Source of the DNA: an uncultured Planctomycetaceae bacterium
GTDB lineage: Bacteria > Planctomycetota > Planctomycetia > Planctomycetales > Planctomycetaceae
Reading direction: 5' to 3'
DNA length: 64,000 nt
NCBI GenBank assembly: GCA_963815195.1
Contig: CAWFGE010000024.1
Span: 32,001-96,000 of the forward strand
The notes under the pieces were generated by a model, which was given only the letters and a program-made list of their open reading frames with translations, was not told where the DNA came from and ran no database searches. This document shows positions 61,399 through 64,000 of this stretch, one piece after another; position 1 is the stretch's first letter; every line of letters starts with the position of its first letter. A program made the position numbers and the translations under genes.

Positions 61399-61444
61399 GC
61401 TACAACTGTAGCTAAGTCTAACTACACTTGTGGCTAATCGTCAA
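61399..61444 (-). promoter_or_regulatory. Sigma-70 promoter (TTGACG-18-TAGACT) with two BlaI/CopY-type TACA-NN-TGTA operators
   Basis: GCTACAACTGTAGC at 61399-61412 and CTACACTTGTGG at 61422-61433. Confidence 0.85.
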
Positions 61445-61578
61445 GAGGAAAAACCGCCGATGTCGAGAGCGGCAAGCCGATTGCCACACGCGTCGGAATC
61501 TTTTCCGTCACGGTCAAGGCCCTTGCGCAACGGGCCGACGGGCGCTGGGAGCATAGAGGTATAGAGCCCAAACGCGGC

Positions 61579-62648
61579 TCAGCTGGCCGGCTCGCTTTTC
61601 CGATCGGTTTTGGGCCCCATGCGATACAGCCGCACGAAGCCGTCGGCGTGGGCCACGGCCAATTGGGTTTTGTCGGGAAGCAGATCGAGCCCGCGGGCGG
61701 CGCTTTTCAGCTTGACGGTGTGAAACGGGATTTCGTCTTCGGGCTTTGTGAACCAGAGTTCGCCCTTGCCGCTGCGGTCGGCAATCGCGGCGATGAGGAG
61801 ATCGTCCGGATGAAACCGCACGCCCCAGGCGATGCCTTTGAGGTTCGCGTCCGACGATTTCACTTGCCGGCGAATTTTGCCCGTGCCCCAGTCGAACACC
61901 ACGACGATCGGATCCTGGATCCCGGCGAAGGAGTTGACGACGTTCGTGATGCCCGCGCTCGCCCATTGGCTGCCGTCGGCCTGGAATGCGAGGTCGCGGG
62001 CTCCGCCCATGTCGGCGGCGAATTTTTTGTCGTAGCCCGTCATCACACTCGCATCAATGCTCTTGGTCCGCCGGCCGGATTTCAGATCCCAGACGTGAAT
62101 CTGCCCCATCAGGTCCTGCGAAATCAGATGCTCTCCCTGGGGATGAAAATCGACCCCATACACGTGCCGATCGTGCCCCGCGAATTCGTGGAGCAGTTTC
62201 CCATCCGCCAGGTTCCAGACTCTCACGAAGAGATCGTTTCCGCAGGTGGCGAGCTTTTCGCCGTCCGGGCTGACGCGAACAAACCGCGCGGAGCCTTGAT
62301 GCGCCTGAATCGTGCGGAGCGGTTGGGCGACGGCGTCCGAGTTCGACGTGTCCCAAATGCGGATTTCTCCGCCCCAGCAGGCCGTCAGCATCCGCCGGCC
62401 GTCCGGCGTGAAATCGATCGAGCGAACCCAGCTTTTGTGGCCTTTGAGGGGGTTTGCCGTTTGCCGTCCGCGAGGTTCCAGATCTGCACATCGAGGTCTT
62501 CCGCGCCCGCGGCTACGAACCGGCCCGCCGGATCCGCGCGGAGCGTGGTCAGCGGCACCTCATGCTTGAACTCGCGGGTCGGATGCGTCGCTTTGGGATC
62601 GATCACGGGGATTTTCGCTGCGATCGCTGGCGGACTTTGCGGATTCAT
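61579..62648 (-). CDS. WD40-repeat protein (copy 2; frameshift in the G-run near 62450)
   Basis: Highly similar to 23554-24619. Confidence 0.88.
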
Positions 62649-63909
62649 GTCAACAACTCCTTGATCGGCCCGGCCGAGGGATCGCCGATCGGAATCGACC
62701 GTCCGGGCAGGTCGTGATCGGCCAGGGAATCCAAGCCCACCGCCTGCAAGCAGGTGTGGAACAAATGCCGGGCGTCCACTTCGCGCTCGGCGACGGCGGT
62801 GCCCGTCTCGTTGGTTTTGCCGATGACCGCGCCGGGCTTTATGCCACAGCCTCCCAAGACGACCGACCACGCCGTCCCCCAGTGGTCGCGGCCGTAGCGG
62901 ACGTTGATTTTCGGGGTGCGGCCGAACTCCGAATGAATCAAAACCAATGTGCTTTCCAAGAGGCCCCGATCCATCAAGTCATCCAGCAACATCGAAAAGG
63001 GTCTGTCGAACTCGCCCAGTTGCTCCAGATGAAAATTAAAATTCTCCGCGTGCGAATCGTAGCCGTGGTGGGTGACTTTGACGCAGGTCACATCGTGTTC
63101 CAACAGCGTACGGGCCAGCAAGCAGTAGCGGCCGAAGTCGTGCTTTCCGTACCGCTCGAGGTCTTTGTTCGAAGCAGCGCCCTCGAAGAGCGCCTTCTGT
63201 TTCATGAGTTGGATCGCCTGTTGATGGGACGCATCGTAGGCTTCGGCGAGCGCTTTGGATCGCCCCTGGGTAAACCGCTGATTGAACAGCGTCCGCAGTT
63301 GATCGCGGCGCGTCGCGATCGAGGTGTCGAGCGATTCCGGCGTGGCGAGATTGGTGGGGGGCTTCACGCCTTCGAGGTTGAGTTGGCCGTATTTCGCGCC
63401 AGGAACGCCGACCCGCCGCCCACGTCCTTGAGGCCGCGCGTCGAGATGTTGACGTAGCCCGGGAGTTCGGCCGTCGGCGCGGAGAGATATTTCGAGGCGA
63501 CCGCTCCCAAATAGGGATACTCGCCGACCCGCCGGCCCTTTTCCATAAACTGCCGGCCTTGTTCGTGGTCGTTGATCTTGATGTTGACGCTCCGCACGAT
63601 CGAAAGCCAATGCATGCGGCGGGCGGTGTGAGGCAGCAACTCGGAAATGTGAATGCCCGGAACCGAAGTCGAGATCGCTTGGAACGGCCCGCCGTGCACA
63701 GTGCCCGGCTTCGGATCCCAGGACTCCAACTGGCTCACCCCGCCTTGCAGGAAAACTTGCAGAATCCGTCGTTGCCGGCGTTTGAGTTCCTGAGCCTGGC
63801 CGGAATTGCCCAGAAGGCCCAGGCCGACCGCCCCCGCGGCCGTTCCCGCCAGGAACTGCCGTCGTGCCACCACATGCTCGATCGGCTGGCATCCTCGGTT
63901 TCGTCGCAT
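62645..63909 (-). CDS. DUF1501 family protein (copy 2; frameshift near 63395)
   Basis: Highly similar to 24616-25881. Confidence 0.9.
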
Positions 63910-63955
63910 GCTGTGCCTTCGCTTTCTGATCGCTTTGGGACCTTGTTTGCGAGCC

Positions 63956-64000
63956 CTAATGATTAAACCGAAACTCGGTCGAGCATAACGCCGCCCACAC
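63956..64000 (-). CDS. 3' end of DUF1549/DUF1553 protein (copy 2, partial)
   Basis: Encodes VWAALCSTEFRFNH-stop, matching the end of copy 1. Confidence 0.8.
   Translation of the reverse strand: MWAALCSTEFRFNH

Overview
GC-rich accessory region of a Planctomycetota chromosome. The assignment rests on DUF1501 and DUF1549/1553 clusters, ECF sigma + Ser/Thr kinase pairs and 'E-x-LE-x-R-x-LL' export leaders. Left to right: the 3' part of a giant RTX/PKD/metzincin surface protein; a hemolysin-III (PAQR) gene; an RRM + DEAD-box helicase cold-shock-like cluster; a SNF2 helicase + SWIM pair; an ECF sigma with a very large kinase-TM-LamG-LRR receptor split by an IS701-like element (18-bp IRs, 5-bp TSD); a DUF1549/1553-DUF1501-WD40 operon that recurs at the right end; a second ECF/kinase locus whose sigma gene and two downstream genes share a GCT(G/A)GA-N13-GCGCAT motif; a six-gene candidate small-molecule operon (SRPBCC, atypical KAS III, ThDP enzyme, ABC exporter, membrane fusion protein); an in-frame kinase-truncated NTPase-hemolysin-III chimera; four orphan genes, one resembling a degenerate primase; and two convergent BlaI/BlaR1(M56) systems with different palindromic operators. 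Many genes carry 1-nt frameshifts, most likely long-read consensus errors. No rRNA, tRNA or CRISPR array was seen. Family names come from motif recognition by eye; no database searches were run.
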